Source: Myxococcota bacterium
GTDB taxonomy: Bacteria; Myxococcota_A; Polyangia; Polyangiales; Sandaracinaceae
Reading direction: 5' to 3'
Length of the DNA: 50,198 nucleotides
NCBI GenBank assembly: GCA_036149055.1
Contig: JAYZQJ010000181.1
Coordinates: 1 to 50,198, forward strand
A program made the translations under genes and the position numbers. Below are positions 28,738-38,100 of the stretch, one piece after another. Each line of letters opens with the position of its first letter. Within the stretch, counting starts at the first letter, position 1. The notes beneath the pieces were generated by a model. It saw only the letters and a list, made by a program, of their open reading frames with translations, was not told the DNA's origin and ran no database searches.

Positions 28738-28902
28738 CGAAGAGTCTGGTTTGGCGCCATCCGAGGACAGCGCAAGGTGCCATTTGACCGAACCTTTGGC
28801 TCACGGCGCCCCAACGACGAGGGGGCGAGCCCGCTGGAGGGTCAAACGCGCGGCCCGACCGCCGATTGGACCCGGGGAACGATGCCGACGTCCCGCCCCC
28901 CG

Positions 28903-29805
28903 ATGACGCGAGTGCTCCTCGTCGAGGACGATCAGTCCGACTTCCTCTACGTCCGGTCGGTCCTCAAGCGCAGCAAGCTGTCGCCGGTCCATCTGGACTG
29001 GGCGTCGACCTACGCCGAAGGCGTGGAGCGCCTCACCCACGGCGCCTACGACGTCTGCCTGCTCGACCTCGGCCTCGACGGCTACACGGGCTTCGACCTC
29101 CTCGACAGCGAGATCGGGCAGGCCACCCGGGTGCCCGTGATCGTGCTGACCGGGAGCGGCGATCGCGAGGCGGACCTGCAGGCGATGGAGCGCGGCGTCT
29201 TCGGCTACCTCGGCAAGGACTCGCTGAACCCGAACATCCTCGAGCGGACGGTGCGTTACGCGATGAAGCACCGCGCGCGGCTCGAGCAGCTGGCCGACCG
29301 CGCCTCGCGCGATCCGCTCACCGGCCTCCTCAACCTGGCGTCGTTCCGGGAGGGCTTCGAGCGGGCGCTCGAGCGCGCGCGCCTCGAGGGCCGGGAGCTC
29401 GCGGTGATGTTCCTCGACCTCGACGGCTTCAAGGCGGTGAACGACACGCACGGGCACCGGGCCGGGGACACGGTGCTGACCCACGTCTCGCGCCGGCTCG
29501 CGTCGACGGTGCGCGAGCGAGACATCCTCGGCCGGATCGGCGGCGACGAGTTCGTGCTCGTGCTCGAGGACCTGCCGTCGGTGGACCAGGCGGAGGCGGT
29601 GGCGGCCAAGATCACCGCGCGCATCCGCGAGGCGGTCGACTACGAGGGCACGCCGCTGAGCGTGGGCGTCAGCGTCGGGGTCGCCGTCTATCCGCGCGAC
29701 GGGGCCGACGTGGACGCGCTGCTGCAGCGCGCCGACGCGGCGATGTACAGCGCCAAGCGAGAGGAGGGGGGCGTGGTGAGGTTCTGGGAGGCGACGTGCC
29801 GGTGA
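28903..29805 (+). CDS. Response regulator-diguanylate cyclase (REC-GGDEF)
   Basis: VLLVEDD...LLDLGL...VLTG...GK; DPLTGLLN, DLDGFKAVNDTHGH, RERD I-site, GGDEF. Start 28882 or 28903. Confidence 0.93.
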   Translation: MTRVLLVEDDQSDFLYVRSVLKRSKLSPVHLDWASTYAEGVERLTHGAYDVCLLDLGLDGYTGFDLLDSEIGQATRVPVIVLTGSGDREADLQAMERGVFGYLGKDSLNPNILERTVRYAMKHRARLEQLADRASRDPLTGLLNLASFREGFERALERARLEGRELAVMFLDLDGFKAVNDTHGHRAGDTVLTHVSRRLASTVRERDILGRIGGDEFVLVLEDLPSVDQAEAVAAKITARIREAVDYEGTPLSVGVSVGVAVYPRDGADVDALLQRADAAMYSAKREEGGVVRFWEATCR

Positions 29806-30221
29806 CGCTCGAGCGACGCGCCTACGGGCCCGACGCCACCGCGGAGGAGAACGACGCGATCCGGGCGCGGGTCACGGCGATCGGCGATCGCACGGTCCTC
29901 TACGAGGAGCTGCCGATCATGACCGCGCACTCGGCCGGGCTCTGCCTGGAGCGGGCCCGCGAGCTGGCGGAGCCCTGGGACGCGCTCTGGCTGATCGTCG
30001 ACGTGCGCGACGTGATCCGCCCGGACGCGCCCTCGCGACACGCGATCCGCAACGGCCTCCGCGCCCTCGGCCCCAAGCTGCGCGGCGTCTACCTCATCCC
30101 CGGCGAGAACGTCGCGGTCCGCATGGCGCTGACCTTCCTGTTCCGCTTCATCGGCTTCTCCCACTGGCGCGTCGTCGGCTCGGTGGACGAGGCCCTCGCC
30201 GCCCGAGACGATGCTGCCTGA
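29802..30221 (+). CDS. Small STAS/SEC14-like hypothetical protein
   Basis: GTGA overlap with the GGDEF stop; WLIVDVRDVIRPDAPSR...NVAVRMALTF...VGSVDEALA. Confidence 0.75.
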   Translation: MTLERRAYGPDATAEENDAIRARVTAIGDRTVLYEELPIMTAHSAGLCLERARELAEPWDALWLIVDVRDVIRPDAPSRHAIRNGLRALGPKLRGVYLIPGENVAVRMALTFLFRFIGFSHWRVVGSVDEALAARDDAA

Positions 30222-31593
30222 GGGCTTCGCCGCCGAGATCGTGCAGCACCTCGTCGACATCAGCGGCGGGCACTGCGCGATCGACGACGACGCGGTGGTC
30301 GCGAGCGCCGACGATCCGGCGCGGGTGGAGATCCTCTCCGGGCTGCTCTTCCTCCACGAGGAGCTGGAGTACCGTCGCGAGCTCTCCCGTGAGCGCGAGG
30401 CCGCGCTCGAGGCGAGCCAGCGTCGCTTCCAGGGGATCTTCGACGACGTCGGCACCGCCCTCTGGGAGGAGGACGTCTCCGGGGTGAAGGACGCCCTCGA
30501 CGACGCGCCCCGCACGGCGGCCTGGTTCCTCGAGCGGACCGCCCTGCTCGAGAGCCTCGCCCGCAAGGTGCGCGTCCGCGCCGCCAACCCGGCGGCCCTC
30601 GCGCTCTTCGGGGTCGACTCGCCGGCGTCCCTCCAGGCCGAGCTCTACGGTCGCCTCCCCCCGGAGCTCCGCGCCGGCTTCGCGGCCCGCCTCGCCGCGA
30701 TGAGCGCCGGCCGCGCGCTGAAGGGGGACGTCGAGGTGGCCTATCGGCACGCCGCGCGCGGCACGGTGCACGTGCTCTTCTCGGTGCGGCTCCAGGGCGA
30801 CGGCGCCCACGCGCTCCTCAGCGCGGTCGACCTGACCGAGCGGGTGAACGCCGAGCGCGAGACCCAGCGCATGGCGAAGGAGATCGACCAGTTCGTCTAC
30901 GTCGCCTCGCACGACCTGCGCGCCCCGCTCGGCGCCATCGACAACCTCTCGAGCTGGCTCCAGCAGGACCTCGACGAGGTCCTCGACCCGGAGAGCCGGG
31001 AGAACCTCGAGCTGCTGCGGATGAGGGTCGGGCGCATGGAGTCGCTGCTCGACGGGCTGCTCTCCTACGCCCGCGCGGGGGCGAAGAAGGCCGAGGTGGA
31101 GAGCGTCGACCTCGGCGAGGTCATGGCCGCGGTCGAGGCGCTGCTGCTCGTCCCCGAGGGCTTCGCGCTCGGGCTCGAGGGCGACCTGCGCATCCGCACC
31201 GCGCGAGCGCCGCTCCAGCAGGTCCTGCACAACCTGGTCGGCAACGCGCTCAAGCACCACCACGCCGACGTCGGCCGCGTGGACGTCGTCGTGACCGAGC
31301 ACGTTCGGCACCTCGAGATCGCGGTGCGCGACGACGGCCCGGGCATCGACCCGCGCTTCCAGGAGAAGATCTTCGACATGTTCCAGACCCTCCGCCCTCG
31401 CGACGAGGTCGAGGGGAGCGGCCTGGGGCTCGCGCTCGTCCGCAAGATCGTCTCGAGCGTGGGCGGCGACGTGCGCGTCGACTCCGCCCCGGGCGCGGGC
31501 ACCACCTTCACCTTCACCTGGCCCAAGACCTGGCCCAGCGAGGAACGCGATGACGACCGAACCGAGAACCGTCAACGTCCTGCTCGTCGATGA
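30211..31593 (+). CDS. Cytoplasmic sensor histidine kinase (HAMP-like, PAS-like, HisKA, HATPase)
   Basis: FVYVASHDLRAPL, NLVGNALKH, DDGPGI, GSGLGLA; no TM segment. Confidence 0.93.
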   Translation: MLPEGFAAEIVQHLVDISGGHCAIDDDAVVASADDPARVEILSGLLFLHEELEYRRELSREREAALEASQRRFQGIFDDVGTALWEEDVSGVKDALDDAPRTAAWFLERTALLESLARKVRVRAANPAALALFGVDSPASLQAELYGRLPPELRAGFAARLAAMSAGRALKGDVEVAYRHAARGTVHVLFSVRLQGDGAHALLSAVDLTERVNAERETQRMAKEIDQFVYVASHDLRAPLGAIDNLSSWLQQDLDEVLDPESRENLELLRMRVGRMESLLDGLLSYARAGAKKAEVESVDLGEVMAAVEALLLVPEGFALGLEGDLRIRTARAPLQQVLHNLVGNALKHHHADVGRVDVVVTEHVRHLEIAVRDDGPGIDPRFQEKIFDMFQTLRPRDEVEGSGLGLALVRKIVSSVGGDVRVDSAPGAGTTFTFTWPKTWPSEERDDDRTENRQRPARR

Positions 31594-31978
31594 CGACGCG
31601 GTCGACGCGCGCGCCGTGCGGCGCGCCTTCCGCGAGCACAAGATCGGCAACCCGCTCTTCCGGGCGCGCGACGGCCTCGAGGCGCTCGACATGCTGCGCG
31701 GCGCGAACGGCGCCGACCCGGTCCCCGGCCCGCGCATGGTCCTGCTCGACCTGAACATGCCGCGCATGGGCGGCATCGAGTTCCTGAAGGAGCTGCGCGA
31801 GGATCCCGAGCTCGGCGGCACCGTCGTCTTCGTGCTCACCACGTCCGAGGCCGACGAGGATCGCGCCGCCGCCTACAAGGAGCACATCGCCGGCTACATC
31901 GTGAAGTCCGACGTCGGCGAGCGTTTCCTCTCCCTCGTCCGCCTCCTCGACGCCTACTGGCGAGTCGTCGCGCTCTGA
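31550..31978 (+). CDS. Single-domain response regulator (Rcp1-like)
   Basis: VLLVDDD, ARDGLEALDML, LLDLNMPRMGGIEFL, VLTTS, YIVK, YW terminus. Confidence 0.93.
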   Translation: MTTEPRTVNVLLVDDDAVDARAVRRAFREHKIGNPLFRARDGLEALDMLRGANGADPVPGPRMVLLDLNMPRMGGIEFLKELREDPELGGTVVFVLTTSEADEDRAAAYKEHIAGYIVKSDVGERFLSLVRLLDAYWRVVAL

Positions 31979-32691
31979 TCGGACGGCGCCTCGCCCCAGG
32001 CCGAGAAGCGCGCGCCGACGGTGAGCGCGACGTGCACGTTGCCCATCTGTCCGACGGTGCGCTCTCCGAACGCGACCGCGCCGCCGCCCGTCAGATCGAC
32101 GTGCAACGCGCCGAAGTCCAGACGGACGGTGGTGAACGGATCGAGGCTCACCTGCGCGCCGAGGCCCGGCGTCGCGAGGTCGCCGCCCGGGTCGATCGGG
32201 GTGACGGTGAGGTCCGCCACCGTGACCCCGAGGCGCAGCCCGCCGCCCCACGTCACGACCCCCCAGCGGCCCGCGAGCGTCCCCTGGAGAAAGGGGCGGG
32301 CGTAGGGGCCCTCGAGCCCCTCGTCGCCGTCCTCGCCGTTCCACCTTCCGTAGGCGTAGCCGCCGCCCACGCCCGCGAGGAGCTCGGCGCGGAGCGCGTC
32401 GTCGCCCATCGCGAAGGCGCCCAGGCCGAGCTCGCCGGCGTACTGGCGCGTCCCGTCGCCCAGGTCGATCGGGTCGAGGTGGGCCGCCGCGGTGATCACG
32501 AAGCCGTCGACCGGCGCGACCGCGGCTCGCCCGGTGAACGTGACGCCGGCGCTGTGCACGAGCCCGACCCCCGCCGCCACGTCCACCTGACCGCCTCGGT
32601 CGAGGAGCGGCGCGTAGGGGTGATGCGGGCCGGCGAAGTTGGAGCAGCCGGAGAGCGCGAGGAGCCAAAGCAAGAGCCCATGACGAAGCAC
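31954..32691 (-). CDS. Lipoprotein / possible outer-membrane beta-barrel
   Basis: Lipobox LSGC; alternating Gly/hydrophobic beta-strand pattern ending in VALTVGARF. Confidence 0.7.
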   Translation of the reverse strand: MLRHGLLLWLLALSGCSNFAGPHHPYAPLLDRGGQVDVAAGVGLVHSAGVTFTGRAAVAPVDGFVITAAAHLDPIDLGDGTRQYAGELGLGAFAMGDDALRAELLAGVGGGYAYGRWNGEDGDEGLEGPYARPFLQGTLAGRWGVVTWGGGLRLGVTVADLTVTPIDPGGDLATPGLGAQVSLDPFTTVRLDFGALHVDLTGGGAVAFGERTVGQMGNVHVALTVGARFSAWGEAPSDQSATTRQ

Positions 32692-32785
32692 GCCGCAATC
32701 GTAGTGGCTCCGGGCGCTCGCACCAGCCCTTCTTGGGCCGGGGGCGGGTTCCTTCCGCTCACCAGGCCTTGTACCCTCTCCGTTC

Positions 32786-34024
32786 GTGGGGGCGCGTTAC
32801 CTATACGGGGACTCGCAGCCGTTCCCCGACGGCTACGACTTTCTGACCGAGCTCCGGCTCTTCGTGCAGGCGGCCAGCCAGGCGCTGAGCCTCTCGGAGG
32901 AGGCCGACTCGCTCGAGTACAGCCTCGGCGAGCGGGCGCAGCTCCACCTGCACGCGGTCGAGGCGGTGCAGGGGTTCTTCGAGCAGGTGACCGAGCTGGT
33001 CGCGGACCGGGCGGCGCGCTCGGGCGCTCCGCAGACGGTCGGCCCGTGGGCGCGCAAGATCCTCGAGCACGTCGACGCGGTGTCGTCGGAGGCCAAGGCG
33101 GCGTTCGCGCAGGACCTCGACCAGAACCAGGTGGACGTGACGAGCCGGATCCGGGAGCTGCGCGCGCAGCTGCGGCGGGTGCTCGGCGACTACCTGCTGA
33201 AGGATCCGCTGCCGGTCGAGCGCTGGGCGATCTCCCTCAACCTGCTGGGCGACGCGCCGAGCGGACAGTGCGTGCTCGCCCACCCGGGGGAGCTCACGAG
33301 CAGCTTCGGCGTGGACGTCGCGGGCGACGGCGCCTGGAGTCAGCCGCGCAAGATCGGCGAGATCTCGCCGGGGCTCGCCCTCCAGGTGGGCTGGAAGAAG
33401 GCCTTCCTCCGCAGCTCGCTGCACCCGGACATCGCCGCCCTCGACGACCAGTACGTCGCCGCGATCGAGCTCGGCCCCGACTCGATGGAGCTGCGCCTCC
33501 GCCGCAAGCCCGACTCCCCCCGCGACGGCTTCGTGCTGACGATCGATCCGGACGAGCACGGCGCGCAGATCCCGAAGATCACCCGCATCGACGAGAAGCG
33601 CGGCGAGAGCGACGCGCCCTTCGCCTCACAGGGCGAGGATCGGGCCCGCATCCACGAGCTGTTCACCGCGCTGCGCTCGAGCACCAAGCCGCTGCTCTCC
33701 CGCAAGCGGCGCCTGATCTACGCCCACCTCGACGGTCACGACGTCTTCGAGCGCGGCCTGGTCCGCGCGCTCTTCGAGCGCATCTCCGCCCGCCTCGAGC
33801 CGATCGCGGCCCAGGTCTCGGCCCACTCGCCGAACCCCGAGGAGCTGTCGCTCAAGGTCGAGCGCGAGGACGGCCGCCGCGAGGAGCTCTACCTGCGAAA
33901 GCAGGAGCTCGCCGACCTGACGCAGCCCCTCAGCGACGAGGCGACCGCGCTCTTCCGACACCTCGCCTTCCTCCCCGCGCCGGCCACCCCCAGCGCGCCG
34001 CCGCCCCCCAAGAACCGCCTCTGA
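32786..34024 (+). CDS. Cytoplasmic hypothetical protein (412 aa; helical N-half, beta-rich C-half)
   Basis: Clean GC3-rich ORF filling the interval; no motif recognised. Confidence 0.85.
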   Translation: MGARYLYGDSQPFPDGYDFLTELRLFVQAASQALSLSEEADSLEYSLGERAQLHLHAVEAVQGFFEQVTELVADRAARSGAPQTVGPWARKILEHVDAVSSEAKAAFAQDLDQNQVDVTSRIRELRAQLRRVLGDYLLKDPLPVERWAISLNLLGDAPSGQCVLAHPGELTSSFGVDVAGDGAWSQPRKIGEISPGLALQVGWKKAFLRSSLHPDIAALDDQYVAAIELGPDSMELRLRRKPDSPRDGFVLTIDPDEHGAQIPKITRIDEKRGESDAPFASQGEDRARIHELFTALRSSTKPLLSRKRRLIYAHLDGHDVFERGLVRALFERISARLEPIAAQVSAHSPNPEELSLKVEREDGRREELYLRKQELADLTQPLSDEATALFRHLAFLPAPATPSAPPPPKNRL

Positions 34025-34028
34025 GCGG

Positions 34029-34607
34029 TCAATCGCGGACGAGGCGGTCGAGGCCCTCGAGGGCGAGGTCGAAGTTGGCCTCGACCTCGTCGGTGCCCAT
34101 CGCGAGCTTCATGTAGCGGGCGAGCGGGTTGTCGATGTGGCCGGTCTCGCGCCAGGACACGCGGGTGGCCTGCGCGCCTTCGGCGACGAGGGTGAAGGTG
34201 CGCTCGACCTCCATGATCTGGAAGTCGACGCGCCAGACCGCGCGGCCGGGCGGCTCGACCTCGAGGAGCGTCCACTCCTCGGTCACCGTCCCGTCCATCT
34301 CGAACCGGACCTGGGCCCCGGGCGCGTCGTTCGGGCCGTCGACCGCGACGACGCGCATGCCCTGGGCCTCGGGCGCCGTCTCGCCGAAGCGCTCCCACCA
34401 CGCGACCACTCCGTCGCGGGTGGCGAGGTAGGGGAACACCGTCTCGGGCGGCGCGTCGAGGCGCGCCTCGGTGCCGACCGCGACGTCGCCGTCGATCAGG
34501 TATCCGCCGGCGTACAGGCCGACCGCGACCAGCAGCGCGAGCCCCGCCCCGATCAGGACGAGGCGCAGGCAACCGCCACCCTTCTTCGACGACTTCGACC
34601 CGGCCAT
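34029..34607 (-). CDS. SRPBCC/START-family protein with N-terminal TM anchor
   Basis: LDAPPETVFPYLA...WW...TRVSWRE...NFDLALEGL. Confidence 0.85.
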   Translation of the reverse strand: MAGSKSSKKGGGCLRLVLIGAGLALLVAVGLYAGGYLIDGDVAVGTEARLDAPPETVFPYLATRDGVVAWWERFGETAPEAQGMRVVAVDGPNDAPGAQVRFEMDGTVTEEWTLLEVEPPGRAVWRVDFQIMEVERTFTLVAEGAQATRVSWRETGHIDNPLARYMKLAMGTDEVEANFDLALEGLDRLVRD

Positions 34608-34621
34608 GGACCGAGCGGAGC

Positions 34622-34918
34622 CTACTCGGGCTCGACGACCTCGAGGACGACGCGCGCGTCCTTCTCGAGCTGGATCTGACAGCAGAGGCGCACGTCGTCG
34701 CCGTCGCCGAAGACCTCGAGCACGTCCAGCTCGTCGTCCTCCGCTTTGCTCAGGGCGTCCATCCCCTCGCGCACGAAGCAGCGACAGGTGCCGCAGCTCG
34801 CGGAGCGGCAGGAGAAGGGGACCTCCGACTCGGGGTGATCGTCACAGACGTCCACCAGCGCGGTTCCCACCGCGACGTCGACCTCGAATCCGGAAGGCTC
34901 GAAACGCACTCTAGCCAT
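34622..34918 (-). CDS. 2Fe-2S ferredoxin
   Basis: PFSCRSASCGTC...RLCCQ (C-x4-C-x2-C...C). Confidence 0.92.
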   Translation of the reverse strand: MARVRFEPSGFEVDVAVGTALVDVCDDHPESEVPFSCRSASCGTCRCFVREGMDALSKAEDDELDVLEVFGDGDDVRLCCQIQLEKDARVVLEVVEPE

Positions 34919-35106
34919 TGCGGCGGGAATCTGGACGCAGCGCCGCGCGGCGTCAAACGCTTTGTGGTCCGAAGGCGGTGTGTGTGACTTTGTACGCGCG
35001 TCGGGTTGGCCGAGTTGGTGCGCGCGTGTAACATCCGCCGACCAATTCTGGGGGTCGTACGTGATCCCCCTCTCAAAAACGCTGTCTTTCGAGGTACTTC
35101 GCCCCG

Positions 35107-38100
35107 ATGAACGCCACCACGGACCTCCTCCGCGGAGAGCTCGAGCGCCTGTTCGATCTCGACGAGCTGAAGAAGTTGAGCGATGAGCTGCTCGGCTTGG
35201 ACCCCGAGCAGGTCGGCGGGACCGAAGGCAAAGGCGCCTTCGCGCGCGCCCTGATCCAGCGCTGCGAGGCGGATGACGCGCTGCTCGCGCTCACCGACGC
35301 GGTGCTGGTCAGCAAGACCGGCGTCAACGAGAAGGTCACCGCGATCTACGACGCGCACGCGGGCGAGGAGCTCTCGCCCGGCGCCGAGGTCGCCGGCTTC
35401 CGGATCCTCAAGAAGATGGGCGAGGGCGGCGTCGGCGTCGTCTACCTGGCCGAGCAGAAAGAGCCGAAGCGCCGCGTGGCGCTGAAGATCGTGCGCCCGG
35501 TGCACGCGCGCGATCGGGTGGCGACCCGCCGCTGGCAGACGGTGGCCCGGATCCACCGCGGGCTGTCCCACGACAACCTCGCCGCGGTGATCGACGTCGG
35601 CACCCTCGAGGACGGCCGCCCCTGGATCGCCACCGACCTCGTCGAAGGTCAGCAGCTCGCCAGCCGCATCGGCCGCACCGGCCCGATGCACTACAACGAG
35701 GCGCGCCCGGTCATCCGCGGCGTGCTCGAGGCGCTCGAGCTGCTGCACGGCAAGGGCCTGGCCCACGGCGACGTGAAGGCCGAGAACGTCTTCATGATCC
35801 GGCCCAGCGCGTCGGACAAGATGAAGAACGAGCCCACCGGCGTGCTCGTCGACGCCGGCATCGACCGGCTCTTCGGCCGCGGCACGGTCAGCGCGTCGCA
35901 GGCCGGCCTCCACCCGGTCTTCGGCACCGCCAAGAGCATCGCGCCCGAGCTGGCGCGCGGCGGCCGCGCGGACGCGGCGAGCGATCTCTACGCCGTCGCC
36001 TGCCTCCTCTACGAGACGCTCACCGGGCGTCCTCCCTTCACCGGCGAGACCGCGATCGACGTGGTCGCGCAGCACCTCACCGCCGAGCCGGCCGCGCCGA
36101 GCGAGCACGCGCCCCGCGGCTGGGTGTCGAAGGAGCTCGACACGATCCTGCTCCGCGCGCTCTCCAAGGACCCGTCCAAGCGCTACGCGGACGCGGCGGC
36201 GCTGCGAGAGGCGCTCGAGTCGATCGGCCGCGCGTCGATCCCGCCCGAGGCCCGCAAGCAGGAGGACCTCGACCAGAAGGCCTTCGACAAGGCGGCCAAG
36301 GCGCTGAAGGAGAAGCCCGCCGACGAGGAGCGCGCCGTCGCCCTCGAGCGCGTGGTCGAGCCGGCCGGCGCCTGGGACAAGGCGGTCGAGGCGCTGCAGG
36401 CCGCGGCCGAGAAGGCCGACAAGGACGCCGTCAAGGTCGCGCTCCTGTTCCGCGTCGCGCGCATCCAGGAGGCGGACCTCACCGACCACGAGGGCGCCGA
36501 GGCGAGCTACCGCAAGATCCTCGAGCTCGACGAGAACGAGGAGATCGCGCGGGCGGCCATCGAGGAGCTCAAGCGCAAGAGCGGCGACGCCGAGGGCCTG
36601 GTCGAGCTCCTGCTCGAGAAGGTCGAGGCCGAGGAGTCGGCGGACGAGCGGGCGGCCATCCTCCGCGAGATCGCCGAGGCCTACGAGAAGCAGCTCGGCG
36701 ACCCCGAGAACGCCTTCGTCGCCTGGGTGCAGGCCCTCGCCGAGGATCCGCGCGACGACCGCTCGATCGCCGAGGTCGAGCGCCTCGCCGGCGACAGCAC
36801 CGACAACTGGAACGAGGCGATCGGCGCGCTCAACGAGACGCTCGAGGCCCTCGAGGACCCGGCGGAGAAGGCGCCGCTCTACGTGCTGCTCGGCCGCTGG
36901 TACGCCGACAAGCTCAACCGGCCGGACTTCGCGGTGCCCTGCTACGGCCAGGCGCTGCAGATCGACCCGACCAACGACGCGGCGATGGAGGGCACCATCG
37001 CCCTCTACCGCAAGGCGCAGAGCTGGCAGGAGCTGAGCACCATGCTCCTCAGCCGCGCGGAGGCCTCCCAGAACCCGGCCAAGGCCCGCGACTGGAAGGC
37101 CGAGGCGGCGGAGATCATCCACACCAAGCTGAACGACGCCGACCGCGCGACCGCGCTCTTCGAGCAGATCCTGAAGGACGACCCGGCGCACCCGAAGACG
37201 ACGTCGGCGCTCGAGACGATCTACGCGCAGAAGAAGAACTGGAAGGGGCTGGTCAAGCTCCTCGAGGAGAAGGCCAAGAGCCAGCGCGGCGAGGAGCGGG
37301 TCGACACCCTCTGCGCCATCGCGGAGATCCACGAGGACCGGCTCGACGACCTCGACCAGGCGGCGGCCCACTACGAGGCGGCGCTCAAGCACGACGACCA
37401 CAACGTCGGCGCGCTCAAGGGCCTCGAGCGGATCTACGCCCGCAAGGAGAAGTTCCCGGAGCTGCTCGCCAACCTCGAGAAGCAGCTCGAGGTGGCGGCC
37501 ACGCCGCGGCAGAAGATCGCGCTCTACGAGCGGATGGGCGACATCCAGCTCGAGGAGTTCGTCGACCACGAGAAGGCGCAGCACCTCTACGCCCAGGTGG
37601 TCGAGATCGAGCCGGGGCACGAGAACGCCAACCAGGCGCTCGCCCGCATCTACCGCAAGCTCCAGCGCTTCGACGACCTCGCGGCCACCCTCGAGCGTCA
37701 CGCGCTCGGCAGCGAGGACGACGCCCGCAAGATCGAGCTGCTGGTCCAGGCGGCCAAGGTGCTGATGGTCGACGTCGGCGCGCCGGAGCGGGCGCTCGCG
37801 GTGGTCGAGCGCGTCACCTCGGTCCAGCCGGATCACACCGAGGCGCTCGAGATGATGAGCCGGCTGCAGGCGCAGACCGGCGACGCGTCCAAGGCGCTCG
37901 CGTCCACCGAGCAGCTCGCGCAGGCCGAGAAGGATCCGCAGAAGAAGGCGGAGCTCTTCGTCCGCGCGGGACGCATCCTCGAGGACAACGGCGACAAGGA
38001 CGGCGCGATCGAGCGCTACAAGCTCGCCCTCGACGCCGACAAGCAGAACACCCGCGCCGCGGCCGCGCTCCGCGCGATCTACGAGGGCCGGGGCGACGCG

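Noticed and set aside
27832..28880. N-terminal 350 aa of the 657-aa GGDEF ORF
   Set aside because: Antisense to the MFS transporter; the real protein starts at the receiver domain (28882 or 28903).
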